DNA from: Bacteroidia bacterium
GTDB taxonomy: Bacteria > Bacteroidota > Bacteroidia > UKL13-3
NCBI GenBank assembly: GCA_041675505.1
Contig: JBAYTR010000015.1
Location: 4,972-68,971, forward strand
Direction: 5' to 3'
Length of the DNA stretch: 64,000 nt
The position numbers and the translations under genes are program-made. The notes beneath the pieces are model-generated. The model saw only the letters and a list, made by a program, of their open reading frames with translations, was not told where the DNA came from and did not search any database. Below are positions 1-9,563 of the stretch, one piece after another. The number at the start of each line of letters is the position of its first letter. Position 1 is the first letter of the stretch.

Positions 1-816
1 CGTAACATTCCGTTGTTTTTACTTTCGGCTGTTTTTAGGGAGTCGCAATTGTTTTTTCATCCGTTGGCCGGAGGTTTTTTTGCCGGTTTTCTGCGGAAGT
101 TTACGGCCATTTTTGTGCAGAACGAGGAGTCGTTGTTGTTGGCCCGGCACCTGAACTTAAACGAGGTACACTTTAGCGGAGACACCCGTTTTGATCGGGT
201 AATGCAAACCATTGCAGCAGCTGAAAGCATACCGCAACTGGAGGCGTTCAAATCAGGCAACAGAATAATTATAGCCGGAAGTTCATGGCCAGCAGAAGAG
301 AAGTGGCTGCAGCAGTGGTGGGTAAAACACCAACCCACGGGAGTTAAACTGATTATAGCACCACATGATATTAGCGCGGCACACATTCAGCAGATTCAAC
401 GCCTTTTTCCGCAGGCCGTTTTATTCAGCGAAATCAACGACCACACAACTTCCAAAGTACTCATTATAGACAGCATAGGTTTATTGGCCAGGGCTTACCG
501 TTATGGCGACATAGCCATAGTGGGCGGTGCATTTGGTAAAGGTTTACACAATATTCTGGAAGCAGCAGCCTTTGGCCTTCCGGTTATTTTTGGTCCTAAG
601 CACAGCAAGTTTTGGGAAGCAGCTGCGTTATGCAAGGCAGGCGGTGCGTTTGAGGTAAGTGCATACAATGAACTGGAACATACACTCAATGTGCTAAGCA
701 GGTTTGATGCAAAGTATAATCAGGCGTCAGACGTGTGCAAACACTTTGTGCTTTCACAGTCGGGGGCAACAGATAAAGTAGTGAATGTGGTGAATCGGGT
801 GCCTGCGTTACATTAA
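1..816 (+). CDS. waaA: 3-deoxy-D-manno-octulosonic acid (Kdo) transferase, C-terminal part. The CDS is 5' partial: its reading frame is open from the window edge.
   Basis: The translation shows the C-terminal GT-B domain pattern of KdtA/WaaA (IIAGSSWPAEE...IDSIGLL...GGAFGKGLHNILEAAAFGLPVIFGP). The frame is open from base 1. Confidence 0.7.
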   Translation, partial: RNIPLFLLSAVFRESQLFFHPLAGGFFAGFLRKFTAIFVQNEESLLLARHLNLNEVHFSGDTRFDRVMQTIAAAESIPQLEAFKSGNRIIIAGSSWPAEEKWLQQWWVKHQPTGVKLIIAPHDISAAHIQQIQRLFPQAVLFSEINDHTTSKVLIIDSIGLLARAYRYGDIAIVGGAFGKGLHNILEAAAFGLPVIFGPKHSKFWEAAALCKAGGAFEVSAYNELEHTLNVLSRFDAKYNQASDVCKHFVLSQSGATDKVVNVVNRVPALH

Positions 817-1169
817 AGCTGTGCCTTTTGTGCGGCAAGGGTTTCGTTGGTTATTTCAGCAAGTAAAACCACCACGGTTGAGTCAATATTTCCTTGTTCA
901 GCCATAGTCTCCAGCACCTTACAAACTTCTGCCAAACGGTATGCACCCAGCGAATAGCTGATACCCTTCAGCTTGTGCAACTGAGGTTTTATATCTTTCT
1001 GCTCTCCGTTTATTTCTCTGGAAATTTCCTGAATAAGCTCAGCTGTGCGCAATTCAAACAGCCCCACCATTTCCACAAAAAATGTTTGGTCCGTATCTGT
1101 ATTTTTCAGACGGCTGATGCGTTGATCATCCAACAGCGGCAGGGCAAGTGTTTGCTGACTTAAAACCAT
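813..1169 (-). CDS. Hpt (histidine phosphotransfer) domain protein. The start is uncertain: the ORF could extend to 1223.
   Basis: It contains the HKLKGISYSLG motif, which is the conserved phospho-accepting His context of Hpt domains. Confidence 0.55.
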   Translation of the reverse strand: MVLSQQTLALPLLDDQRISRLKNTDTDQTFFVEMVGLFELRTAELIQEISREINGEQKDIKPQLHKLKGISYSLGAYRLAEVCKVLETMAEQGNIDSTVVVLLAEITNETLAAQKAQL

Positions 1170-1339
1170 AAAGGAAGACAAAAATAAGTAATTTCGGCAT
1201 AACCGCTTCTGCACATACAACACAGCTCGCCCTTAAATGTTGATTTCTGGTGTAAATTATTTTTTAACGGGCCGTTATTTTGCTTTTAAAACACGTAATT
1301 TGCGTACGCTTTTCAAATCATCATTTTCCAAATTACAGC

Positions 1340-2362
1340 ATGAGTGTTTTCACTTTTTTGACGCAGGAATTAGCCATTGACTTGGGTACAGCCAATACGC
1401 TGATTATACATAAAGACAAAGTGGTGGTAGACGAACCGTCTATTATTGCCATTAACCGCACTACCGGAAACGTAATTGCTGTGGGTAACCAGGCCATGCA
1501 AATGCATGGTAAGGTACACGAGGATATCAAAACCATTCGTCCGCTGAAAGACGGTGTTATTGCCGATTTTAACGCTGCCGAGCACATGATCAGAGGGCTG
1601 ATTAAAATGATCAGTACCAAAAATAAATTGTTCAATCCGCAGTTGCGCATGGTTATTTGCATTCCATCGGGCATTACTGAGGTGGAAAAACGTGCGGTAA
1701 AAGATTCTGCTGAACGTGCCGGAGCCAAAGAAGTTTACCTCATTCACGAGCCTATGGCAGCTGCTATCGGTATTGGCATAGATGTGTTTGAACCTATGGG
1801 CAACATGGTGATTGACATTGGCGGTGGTACTACGGAGATTGCGGTAATTGCACTGGCCGGTATTGTGTGCGACCAGTCCATACGAGTGGCGGGAGATGAG
1901 TTTACCGATGATATTGTGGATTACATGCGCAGGCAACACAACCTGTTGATTGGAGAGCGTAGTGCCGAGCGAATTAAAATTGAAGTAGGAGCCGCCTTAT
2001 CTGAATTAGAAAATCCTCCGGCTGATTATGAAGTAAACGGTAGAGATTTGATGACGGGTTTGCCCAAGCAGATTAAAGTATCGTACAGCGAGATTGCTCA
2101 GGCTCTTGATAAATCCATTACCAAAATTGAAGAAGCGGTATTGCGTGCATTGGAGTTAACACCTCCTGAATTGTCGGCTGATATTTACCAAACCGGCCTG
2201 TACCTTACCGGTGGTGGCGCGTTGCTGCGTGGTTTAGACAAACGTATTTCTGCCAAAACCAAACTGCAGGTACACGTGGCCGAAGACCCGCTGAGAGCGG
2301 TAGTACGCGGAACAGGTATTGCTTTGAAAAACCTGCACGTGTTCAAAAATCTGATGACTTAA
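1340..2362 (+). CDS. mreB: Rod shape-determining protein MreB (actin-like ATPase).
   Basis: Carries the IDLGTANTLI phosphate-1 motif and shows full-length MreB similarity. It is the first gene of the mreBCD-mrdA-rodA run. The start was chosen at MSVFTF (1340) rather than the ORF-track extension. Confidence 0.95.
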   Translation: MSVFTFLTQELAIDLGTANTLIIHKDKVVVDEPSIIAINRTTGNVIAVGNQAMQMHGKVHEDIKTIRPLKDGVIADFNAAEHMIRGLIKMISTKNKLFNPQLRMVICIPSGITEVEKRAVKDSAERAGAKEVYLIHEPMAAAIGIGIDVFEPMGNMVIDIGGGTTEIAVIALAGIVCDQSIRVAGDEFTDDIVDYMRRQHNLLIGERSAERIKIEVGAALSELENPPADYEVNGRDLMTGLPKQIKVSYSEIAQALDKSITKIEEAVLRALELTPPELSADIYQTGLYLTGGGALLRGLDKRISAKTKLQVHVAEDPLRAVVRGTGIALKNLHVFKNLMT

Positions 2363-2378
2363 TGCGCACATCCTTTGC

Positions 2379-3224
2379 ATGAGAAACATCATTGTTTTTC
2401 TATACAAGTATTACAATTTCATCCTTTTTCTGGTGCTGGAATTTTTTTCGTTGTATCTGATTTATCAGTACAACACGTATCAGCGCGCCAGTTTCATAAA
2501 TTTTTCCAACGGAGTTTCAGGGCAGGCTTACAGCACAGTAGCCAACTTTAAATCGTATTTCAGACTTCGGCAGATTAATGACAGTTTACAGTTGGAAAAT
2601 GCTCGACTGCGCTCAGAGTTATTTACTTCGTATTACAACAACGAGATAAGAGATTTTAAAGTTAACGATACCATTTACAAACAGCAGTACACTTACATCG
2701 CAGCCAAAGTACTCAACAACTCCATTAACAAACGCAACAACTACATTACGCTGAACAGAGGAGCAGCACACGGGGTTAAAACACAGATGGGTGTAATTTG
2801 CGACAACGGTATAGTAGGTATTGTGATGGCCACCTCAGAACATTTTTGTACGGTACTATCTGTTTTAAACAGCAATGCCAAAATAAGTGCGCGTATTGCT
2901 GATGACAATGCCTTCGGTTCATTGGTGTGGGATGGAAATGATCCCACAGTATGTCGCCTGTATGATGTAAACAAACACGTGCAACTGGCCAACGGAAAAA
3001 AAATTGTAACCAGCGGTTATTCTACCATATTTCCTGAGAACATACCGGTAGGCGAAGTACAGGCCCACAGCCTGGAAGCCGGTGATAATTTTCACACCAT
3101 TAAAGTGCGCATGTCCACCAACTTCAGCAACCTCACCTCGGTGTACATCATCAATAATTTTTTCAAAGAAGAGATGGACTCGCTGGAGGTACTCACTAAA
3201 ATCAAACTTCCCGATGATCAATGA
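2379..3224 (+). CDS. mreC: Rod shape-determining protein MreC.
   Basis: Sits immediately downstream of mreB. It has an N-terminal TM segment followed by a coiled-coil and beta-rich domains typical of MreC. Confidence 0.85.
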   Translation: MRNIIVFLYKYYNFILFLVLEFFSLYLIYQYNTYQRASFINFSNGVSGQAYSTVANFKSYFRLRQINDSLQLENARLRSELFTSYYNNEIRDFKVNDTIYKQQYTYIAAKVLNNSINKRNNYITLNRGAAHGVKTQMGVICDNGIVGIVMATSEHFCTVLSVLNSNAKISARIADDNAFGSLVWDGNDPTVCRLYDVNKHVQLANGKKIVTSGYSTIFPENIPVGEVQAHSLEAGDNFHTIKVRMSTNFSNLTSVYIINNFFKEEMDSLEVLTKIKLPDDQ

Positions 3225-3735
3225 GCTGCTGAAACATACCCTACGGTTGATACTGTTGTTGTTTGTTCAGGTGCTTATCGTGAACAACGTCAACCTGTCG
3301 TCCTATGTTAATCCGTACATCTACATTTTGCTGTTGATGATGATGAAAGTAAATGTACCCAAATGGCAAAGTCTGGTTATAGGTTTTTTATTGGGTGCCG
3401 TAATGGACATGTTCTCCAGTACAGTGGGCATACACATGTTTGCCACTACACTGCTGGGTTACCTTCGTCCGCGTATACTTTCTGCCTCACTCAACAAAGA
3501 AGATTTTGATGCCAACATTGAACCTAACATTGCCAGCAAAGGTTTTATCTGGTTCTTTACGTATGCGGCCTCACTTATTTTTGTGCACCATTGTTCGCTT
3601 TTCTTTCTGGAGATTTACAGCACCAAAGAATTTTTTGCCACCATGCAACGCGTGTTATACAGCTCAGCAGTGAGTTTGCTGATGATAATTCTGGCACAAT
3701 TCCTCTTCTTTACCGTAAAACCTTCCGATGATTGA
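3214..3735 (+). CDS. mreD: Rod shape-determining protein MreD.
   Basis: Small polytopic membrane protein between mreC and mrdA. The start at MINELLK overlaps the mreC stop by 11 nt. Confidence 0.75.
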   Translation: MINELLKHTLRLILLLFVQVLIVNNVNLSSYVNPYIYILLLMMMKVNVPKWQSLVIGFLLGAVMDMFSSTVGIHMFATTLLGYLRPRILSASLNKEDFDANIEPNIASKGFIWFFTYAASLIFVHHCSLFFLEIYSTKEFFATMQRVLYSSAVSLLMIILAQFLFFTVKPSDD

Positions 3736-5599
3736 TGCAGCATCCAAACGTGTTACGTTATACATCATATTTGTTACCATAGGTATCATTTTTTTGCTGC
3801 GCCTGTTCTGGTTGCAGGTAGTGGATGAAACCTATGTGCAGTTTGCGCGCAACAACGTGCTCAATGAGGTAGTGGTATATCCCGCCCGTGGATTGGTGTA
3901 CGACCGCAACGGACAACTACTCATTTACAACGATGCCATTTATGATTTAATGGTAGTGCCGGAGCGGTTGAAAGATTTGGACACCAACAGTTTTTGCGAT
4001 GTATTGGGCATTACCAAAGAAGAATTTATTCGCAGGTTCACTAAAATAAAAAACAGCAAAGGTTACTCGCGTTACCGGGCTTCGGTTTTTGAAAAACAAT
4101 TGACCATACCGGTTTATGCTGCCTTTCAGGAAAAGCTATTTGACTTTCCGGGATTTTACGTAGAAACACGTACCGATAGAAAATACGTGTACAACAATGC
4201 CGCACACGTAATGGGTTACATAGGTGAGGTAACCGATAAAATTATTGAACAATCCAGTGGCTATTACCGCATGGGCGACTATTACGGAGTAAGCGGTATA
4301 GAACGCTCGTATGAAGATGTGCTGCGCGGAACACGGGGTATCAAATATGTTTTGGTAGACGTACACAACCGCACGCAGGGCAGGTACAAAGAAGGTTTGT
4401 TTGACACCGCATCTGTTGCAGGATTAAACATCACCACCACGCTTGACCACCAGTTGCAAGAGTACGGAGAAAAACTCATTCAGAATAAACGGGGCAGTGT
4501 GGTGGCTATTGAACCCTCCACAGGAGAAATACTTGCGCTCATCAGTAATCCTACGTATGACCCCAATTTGTTTATTGGTCGTGAACGAGGAAACAATTAC
4601 ATGCGCCTGTTGCGCGACCCGCAAAAACCCTTGTTTAACAGACCCATTGCCGCACCTTATCCACCGGGTTCTATCTTTAAAATTATCATGGCACTTATAG
4701 GCCAGAAGGAAGGGGTGCTCAATGAGAATACAAGTTATTTTTGCGGAGGCGGTTACCGCATGGGAAGCATTAAAGTAGGTTGTCACCCGCACTCTTCTCC
4801 CTTGCCACTTCGCCCGGGTATTGCGGTTTCCTGTAACGCCTATTTTTGTAATGTGTACCGCTCGGTAATTGACAACAAACGTTACCCCAATTCAGAAGCT
4901 GCTTATAGAAAGTGGAGAGAACACGTAATGAGTTTCGGACTCGGACAACGCATGGGCATTGATTTACCCGGAGAAGGCATGGGCAATGTACCATCGCCTG
5001 AGTACTACGATAAAATTTACGGTCGTTACCACTGGAAATCTTCTACAACTATTTCGTTGGGTATAGGGCAGGGAGAGTTGGGTATAACACCTTTACAGAT
5101 GGCCAACGTTACCGCTATATTGGCCAACCGCGGCTATTACATTACCCCGCACATTGTAAAAGCAATTGAAGGAACCAAACTCAACCGACCGGAGTACACC
5201 AAGCGCCACTACACTACGGTTGATACCGGCTACTACGGTATTATAGTAGATGCCATGCAGGATGTGGTAGAACGAGGTACTGCACGTGTAGCCATGATGA
5301 AAGACATTATAGTGTGCGGAAAAACAGGTACCGCACAAAACCCGCACGGCAAAGACCACTCGGTATTTTTTGCATTTGCCCCGCGTGATAATCCTAAAAT
5401 TGCCATAGCTGTAGTAGTGGAGAATGCAGGGTTCGGAGCCACGTGGGCAGCCCCTATTGCGAGCCTGATGATAGAAAAATATTTAACGGATACCATCACA
5501 CGTGCATGGCTCGAAGAGCGTATGGTGAAAGCCGATTTGATTCACCCCAAACCAGTAACCGATGAAGCAGGAAAGTCAGCTGCAAAGCCAGCACATTGA
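3728..5599 (+). CDS. mrdA: Penicillin-binding protein 2 (peptidoglycan D,D-transpeptidase).
   Basis: Contains the SIFK (SxxK), SCN (SxN) and KTGTA active-site motifs, plus an N-terminal TM anchor. Confidence 0.95.
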   Translation: MIDAASKRVTLYIIFVTIGIIFLLRLFWLQVVDETYVQFARNNVLNEVVVYPARGLVYDRNGQLLIYNDAIYDLMVVPERLKDLDTNSFCDVLGITKEEFIRRFTKIKNSKGYSRYRASVFEKQLTIPVYAAFQEKLFDFPGFYVETRTDRKYVYNNAAHVMGYIGEVTDKIIEQSSGYYRMGDYYGVSGIERSYEDVLRGTRGIKYVLVDVHNRTQGRYKEGLFDTASVAGLNITTTLDHQLQEYGEKLIQNKRGSVVAIEPSTGEILALISNPTYDPNLFIGRERGNNYMRLLRDPQKPLFNRPIAAPYPPGSIFKIIMALIGQKEGVLNENTSYFCGGGYRMGSIKVGCHPHSSPLPLRPGIAVSCNAYFCNVYRSVIDNKRYPNSEAAYRKWREHVMSFGLGQRMGIDLPGEGMGNVPSPEYYDKIYGRYHWKSSTTISLGIGQGELGITPLQMANVTAILANRGYYITPHIVKAIEGTKLNRPEYTKRHYTTVDTGYYGIIVDAMQDVVERGTARVAMMKDIIVCGKTGTAQNPHGKDHSVFFAFAPRDNPKIAIAVVVENAGFGATWAAPIASLMIEKYLTDTITRAWLEERMVKADLIHPKPVTDEAGKSAAKPAH

Positions 5600-6836
5600 T
5601 TGGCTTACACTACTCATTTATTTCCTGTTTGTTTTGGCAGGATGGGTGAATATTTATGCGGCCGTATACGAGGCCGATCATGCCAGTATTTTTGATATTT
5701 CACAAAGCTACGGCAAACAACTTATCTGGATAGGCATATCCGCATTTATTGCGTTAATGATTATGCTGGTGGATGATAAGTTCTTCTATGCATTTTCTTA
5801 CGGGCTTTACGGAGTAATGATTGTGTTGAACATTGCCGTATTGTTTTTCAGTAAAGAAGTGAAAGGAGCACATGCCTGGTTTGAAATAGGCAGCTTCAGG
5901 TTGCAGCCGGCTGAGTTTGCCAAGTTTGCCACCGCGCTTACCCTGGCAAGGTACATGAGCCATTTTGATTTTAGTTTAAAAGATAAAAAACACTGGTGGT
6001 ATGTGGCAGCCATTATTATGTTACCTATGGCAGTAATTCTGGCGCAGAATGATACCGGTTCAGCTTTAGTATACTGCTCCTTTATTTTTGTATTGTACAG
6101 AGAAGGTTTGCCGGGTTGGATTTTATTTATAGGACTAGCTCTAGGAATTATATCTGTACTCGCGCTGGTAGTTCCATCCAATGTACTCATCTACATTCTT
6201 ATCGGCTTAGCGTTGTTGGCTGTGTTTTTATTGCGCGCCTCCAAACAGGGAATGCTGTTGGTTGCAGCAGTACTCATTACCTGCATAGGTTTAATCAAGG
6301 GAATAGATTACCTGTTTTACAAATTGCAACCGCACCAGCAGCAAAGGGTAAATGTATTGTTGGGGAAAGAGGTAGATTTGAAAGGAGCGGGCTACAACGT
6401 GCACCAGTCAAAAATTGCGATTGGCTCGGGTGGCTTGTTGGGTAAAGGATTTTTAGAGGGCACTCAAACCAAATTTAACTTTGTACCTGAACAAAGCACC
6501 GACTTTATTTTTTGTACAGTGGGTGAGGAGTATGGTTTTGTCGGCTCATCTGTTTTGATTGTGATGTTCATTGTTCTTTTTGTACGATTGATTGTTATTG
6601 CTGAGCGACAACGCAACCGATTTAACCGCATTTACGGGTACTGCGTAGCCAGTATACTTTTCTTTCACTTCACCATTAATATAGGAATGACCATTGGTTT
6701 GTTGCCGGTAATTGGTATCCCCTTGCCGTTTTTCAGCTACGGTGGTTCATCGCTCATCAGCTTTACGGTATTGCTGTTTATTCTGTTGCGCTTAGATGCC
6801 AGCAGGGTGTATCAGTTGCGGGGTAGTATTTATTAG
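5562..6836 (+). CDS. rodA: Rod shape-determining protein RodA (SEDS family peptidoglycan polymerase).
   Basis: Polytopic FtsW/RodA-family membrane protein (..NFVPEQSTDFIF..EEYGFVGS..) placed downstream of mrdA. Confidence 0.9.
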   Translation: MKQESQLQSQHIDWLTLLIYFLFVLAGWVNIYAAVYEADHASIFDISQSYGKQLIWIGISAFIALMIMLVDDKFFYAFSYGLYGVMIVLNIAVLFFSKEVKGAHAWFEIGSFRLQPAEFAKFATALTLARYMSHFDFSLKDKKHWWYVAAIIMLPMAVILAQNDTGSALVYCSFIFVLYREGLPGWILFIGLALGIISVLALVVPSNVLIYILIGLALLAVFLLRASKQGMLLVAAVLITCIGLIKGIDYLFYKLQPHQQQRVNVLLGKEVDLKGAGYNVHQSKIAIGSGGLLGKGFLEGTQTKFNFVPEQSTDFIFCTVGEEYGFVGSSVLIVMFIVLFVRLIVIAERQRNRFNRIYGYCVASILFFHFTINIGMTIGLLPVIGIPLPFFSYGGSSLISFTVLLFILLRLDASRVYQLRGSIY

Positions 6837-6850
6837 AATTCCTTGTAGCT

Positions 6851-6913
6851 GTCTGACGCGTAATGCGTCTGACCGCACCGCATCAATTTGGTCAGACGCA
6901 TTACGCGTCAGAC
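6851..6913. repeat. Perfect 24-bp inverted repeat, GTCTGACGCGTAATGCGTCTGACC with a 15-nt spacer. Each arm contains an inner GACGC-N5-GCGTC palindrome.
   Basis: Read directly from the sequence: arm 1 is 6851..6874 and arm 2 is 6890..6913, which is the exact reverse complement. Confidence 0.9.
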
Positions 6914-6940
6914 CAATTGCAAACCATCTATACCTGGTGC

Positions 6941-6961
6941 TGTCAGTTGCTACAACTGACA
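6941..6961. repeat. Second hairpin, with a 9-bp stem TGTCAGTTG / CAACTGACA and a 3-nt loop.
   Basis: Read directly from the sequence. It lies 27 nt after the first palindrome, in the rodA 3' intergenic region. Confidence 0.8.
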
Positions 6962-7058
6962 GTCTTATCGCACTACATATCACAATCAGGCAAATTTTTT
7001 AAATACAGACCTGATTAACACCTACCTTCATCGCTCACAAATTAAACCAACAACTAAA

Positions 7059-7331
7059 ATGGTCAACGTAATTTTATCACATGAAGTAAGAGACTTCGCA
7101 GAGTGGAAAAAAGGATTTGAAGCCGGTGAACCCATGCGCGCAAAAGCAGGAATCAAAACAACGGGAGTATATGCTTCAGTTGAAAACCCTAACCATGTTA
7201 CTATAACCACAGAGTTTCCCAATGTTGAGGTTGTTCAGGGATTTTTAGGGAACACCCAACTGCAAGCCGATATGCAACAGGCCGGTGTAATAGGACAGCC
7301 TGAAATTAAAATTCTGAATAAGATAGATTAA
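7059..7331 (+). CDS. Small hypothetical protein (90 aa).
   Basis: Clean ORF in an otherwise empty interval, followed by a hairpin and T-tract. No family was recognised. Confidence 0.5.
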   Translation: MVNVILSHEVRDFAEWKKGFEAGEPMRAKAGIKTTGVYASVENPNHVTITTEFPNVEVVQGFLGNTQLQADMQQAGVIGQPEIKILNKID

Positions 7332-7354
7332 CCGTAATAAATTTTTTGAAGAGA

Positions 7355-7387
7355 AAGGGTGAGCAGTTTGTTCGCCCTTTTTTATTA
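7355..7387 (+). terminator. Rho-independent terminator-like hairpin. The stem is AAGGGTGA / TCGCCCTT with one G-U pair, followed by TTTTATT.
   Basis: Stem-loop followed by a T-tract between the convergent genes 7059..7331(+) and fcl(-). Confidence 0.5.
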
Positions 7388-8317
7388 CCCTAAGCCTTTA
7401 CTTAAAAAGTCTTCGTAAGCTAAGTGTATGCCTTTCTCTAATGAAGTGGAATACATCCAGCCAATCTGTTTGAGTTTACTTACATCCATCAGCTTGCGCG
7501 GTGTGCCGTCAGGTTTGGTGGTATCAAACACCAGCTCACCTTTAAAGCCGATAATGTGTTTCACCAAATCAGCCAGGTCTTTGATGGAAATATCTTCTCC
7601 GCTGCCAATGTTCACAAACTGCTTTTCATTGTACACTTGCATCAGCAGGTAAGCTGCATCAGCCAAATCATCAGCAAATAAAAATTCCCTTAAAGGTGCA
7701 CCGGTACCCCAAATGGTCACTTCATTTTTGCCATCACGTTTGGCTTCATGAAACCTGCGGATGAGTGCAGGCAACACGTGTGAATTCTCCGGATGGTAAT
7801 TGTCATTGTAACCATAAAGGTTGGTGGGCATTACTGAAATAAAATTGCAACCGTATTGGTCGCGGTAGGCCTCACACATTTTGATGCCCGCTATTTTTGC
7901 AATGGCATAAGGCTCGTTGGTAGGTTCGAGCAAGCCGGTAAGTAGCGATTCTTCTTTTAATGGCTGGGGAGCCATCTTGGGGTATATACAGGATGAACCG
8001 AAGAACATCAGTTTTTTAACCCCGTGTTTGTAACTCTGATGAATCACGTTGTTTTGAATCATCAGGTTTTCATAAATGAAATCAGCACGGTAAGTGTTGT
8101 TGGCAATAATACCGCCCACTTTGGCCGCAGCTAAAAAAACATATTCAGGTTTTTCCTGAGTAAAAAAGGCTTCCACAGCCGCGGCATCTCTCAGGTCAAG
8201 CTCAGCAGAACTGCGCACAACAATGTTGGTATGCCCTTCACGTTGCAATTTGCGGTACACGGCAGAACCCACCATTCCGCGGTAACCGGCAACAAATATT
8301 TTCGAGTTAGATTCCAT
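7385..8317 (-). CDS. fcl: GDP-L-fucose synthase (GDP-4-keto-6-deoxy-D-mannose 3,5-epimerase/4-reductase).
   Basis: N-terminal Rossmann motif [11 protein letters not shown] and full-length similarity to Fcl/WcaG. It sits downstream of gmd. Confidence 0.9.
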   Translation of the reverse strand: MESNSKIFVAGYRGMVGSAVYRKLQREGHTNIVVRSSAELDLRDAAAVEAFFTQEKPEYVFLAAAKVGGIIANNTYRADFIYENLMIQNNVIHQSYKHGVKKLMFFGSSCIYPKMAPQPLKEESLLTGLLEPTNEPYAIAKIAGIKMCEAYRDQYGCNFISVMPTNLYGYNDNYHPENSHVLPALIRRFHEAKRDGKNEVTIWGTGAPLREFLFADDLADAAYLLMQVYNEKQFVNIGSGEDISIKDLADLVKHIIGFKGELVFDTTKPDGTPRKLMDVSKLKQIGWMYSTSLEKGIHLAYEDFLSKGLG

Positions 8318-8346
8318 GTAAAACGTTCAGGAAAATGAAATGATTA

Positions 8347-9483
8347 CTATTCGAAATAGTTTAAGGTTTTGTAACCGCCATCACGCAGGTACTTATCTTT
8401 TTTCATCAGCTTCAGGTCACCTTTCATCATGTCGTTTACCAATGCAGGTAAATCGTATTTGGGTTTCCAGCCTAATTTGGTTTGTGCTTTGGTAGGGTCG
8501 CCTATCAGCAAATCAACCTCCGTAGGGCGGAAGTAACGTGGATCAACAGATACTACTTCTTGTCCTATTTTTAGTTTATCGGGTGAAATTTGCAGGTATT
8601 CCATGCGTGCTTTATCAAAGCCGGCTACTATACCTTTTTCATTTGCTCCCTCTCCTTTAAATTCAAGTTGTACACCCACATCTTCAAAAGCCATTTTCAC
8701 AAAATCACGTACGTGTGTGGTTACTCCGGTAGCTATTACATAATCTTCCGGTTGAGGCTGCTGTAAAATGAGGTACATAGCCTCTATGTAGTCTTTGGCA
8801 TGTCCCCAGTCGCGCTGTGCATTGAGGTTGCCCAGGAAAAGTTTTTCCTGCATGCCCAATACAATCTTAGCTGTTGCGCGGGTAATTTTACGGGTAACAA
8901 AAGTTTCTCCGCGAATAGGCGATTCATGATTGAACAGTATTCCGTTGCAGGCATACATGCCATAAGCTTCGCGGTAGTTTACGGTAATCCAGTAAGCATA
9001 CATTTTAGCTACGGCATAAGGCGAGCGCGGGTAAAACGGGGTGGTCTCACTTTGCGGTACGGCCTGCACCAAGCCATACAGCTCTGAAGTAGATGCCTGA
9101 TACACTTTGGTTTTATTGGTTAAACCGCAAATGCGCAGTGCCTCCAGAATACGCAAAGTACCAATACCATCAGCATTGGCTGTGTATTCAGGTGTTTCGA
9201 AACTTACGTGTACGTGGCTCATGGCCGCGAGGTTATATATTTCGTCAGGCTGTGTTTCCTGTATGATGCGAATTAGATTGGTGCTATCGGTAAGGTCACC
9301 GTAGTGCAGGGTAAGTTTCAGGTTTTTTTCGTGAGGATCTTGGTAAAGGTGGTCAATCCTATCGGTATTAAACAATGAGCTTCTGCGTTTTATACCGTGA
9401 ACGGTGTATCCTTTGTGCAATAAAAATTCTGCCAGATAAGCACCATCCTGGCCTGTAATTCCCGTAATAAGAGCTACTTTCGA
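8347..9483 (-). CDS. gmd: GDP-mannose 4,6-dehydratase.
   Basis: Motif [19 protein letters not shown] and Gmd-type SDR similarity throughout. The start was taken at MSKVALITG. Confidence 0.9.
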   Translation of the reverse strand, partial: SKVALITGITGQDGAYLAEFLLHKGYTVHGIKRRSSLFNTDRIDHLYQDPHEKNLKLTLHYGDLTDSTNLIRIIQETQPDEIYNLAAMSHVHVSFETPEYTANADGIGTLRILEALRICGLTNKTKVYQASTSELYGLVQAVPQSETTPFYPRSPYAVAKMYAYWITVNYREAYGMYACNGILFNHESPIRGETFVTRKITRATAKIVLGMQEKLFLGNLNAQRDWGHAKDYIEAMYLILQQPQPEDYVIATGVTTHVRDFVKMAFEDVGVQLEFKGEGANEKGIVAGFDKARMEYLQISPDKLKIGQEVVSVDPRYFRPTEVDLLIGDPTKAQTKLGWKPKYDLPALVNDMMKGDLKLMKKDKYLRDGGYKTLNYFE

Positions 9484-9563
9484 CATGCGTACAACGAGTT
9501 TAAATTTTTGGTTAAATTGCAAAGCTACAGTTTATCAGCTTAAAATCTACTAAAATTGCGTCA

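Noticed and set aside
1224-1339. Candidate Bacteroidetes-type promoter (TTTG ... TAnnTTTG) upstream of mreB.
   Set aside because: Only imperfect matches (TAATTTGC, TACGCTTTT) were seen, which is not enough to call by eye.
1333-1939. Two long minus-strand ORFs (1333..1728 and 1370..1939) inside mreB.
   Set aside because: They lie antisense within a highly conserved MreB coding sequence and have no recognisable protein features, so they are shadow ORFs.
6792-7002. ORFs 6792..6983(-) and 6796..7002(+) spanning the post-rodA region.
   Set aside because: They are mirror-image translations produced by the perfect palindrome, which is an artefact of its symmetry.
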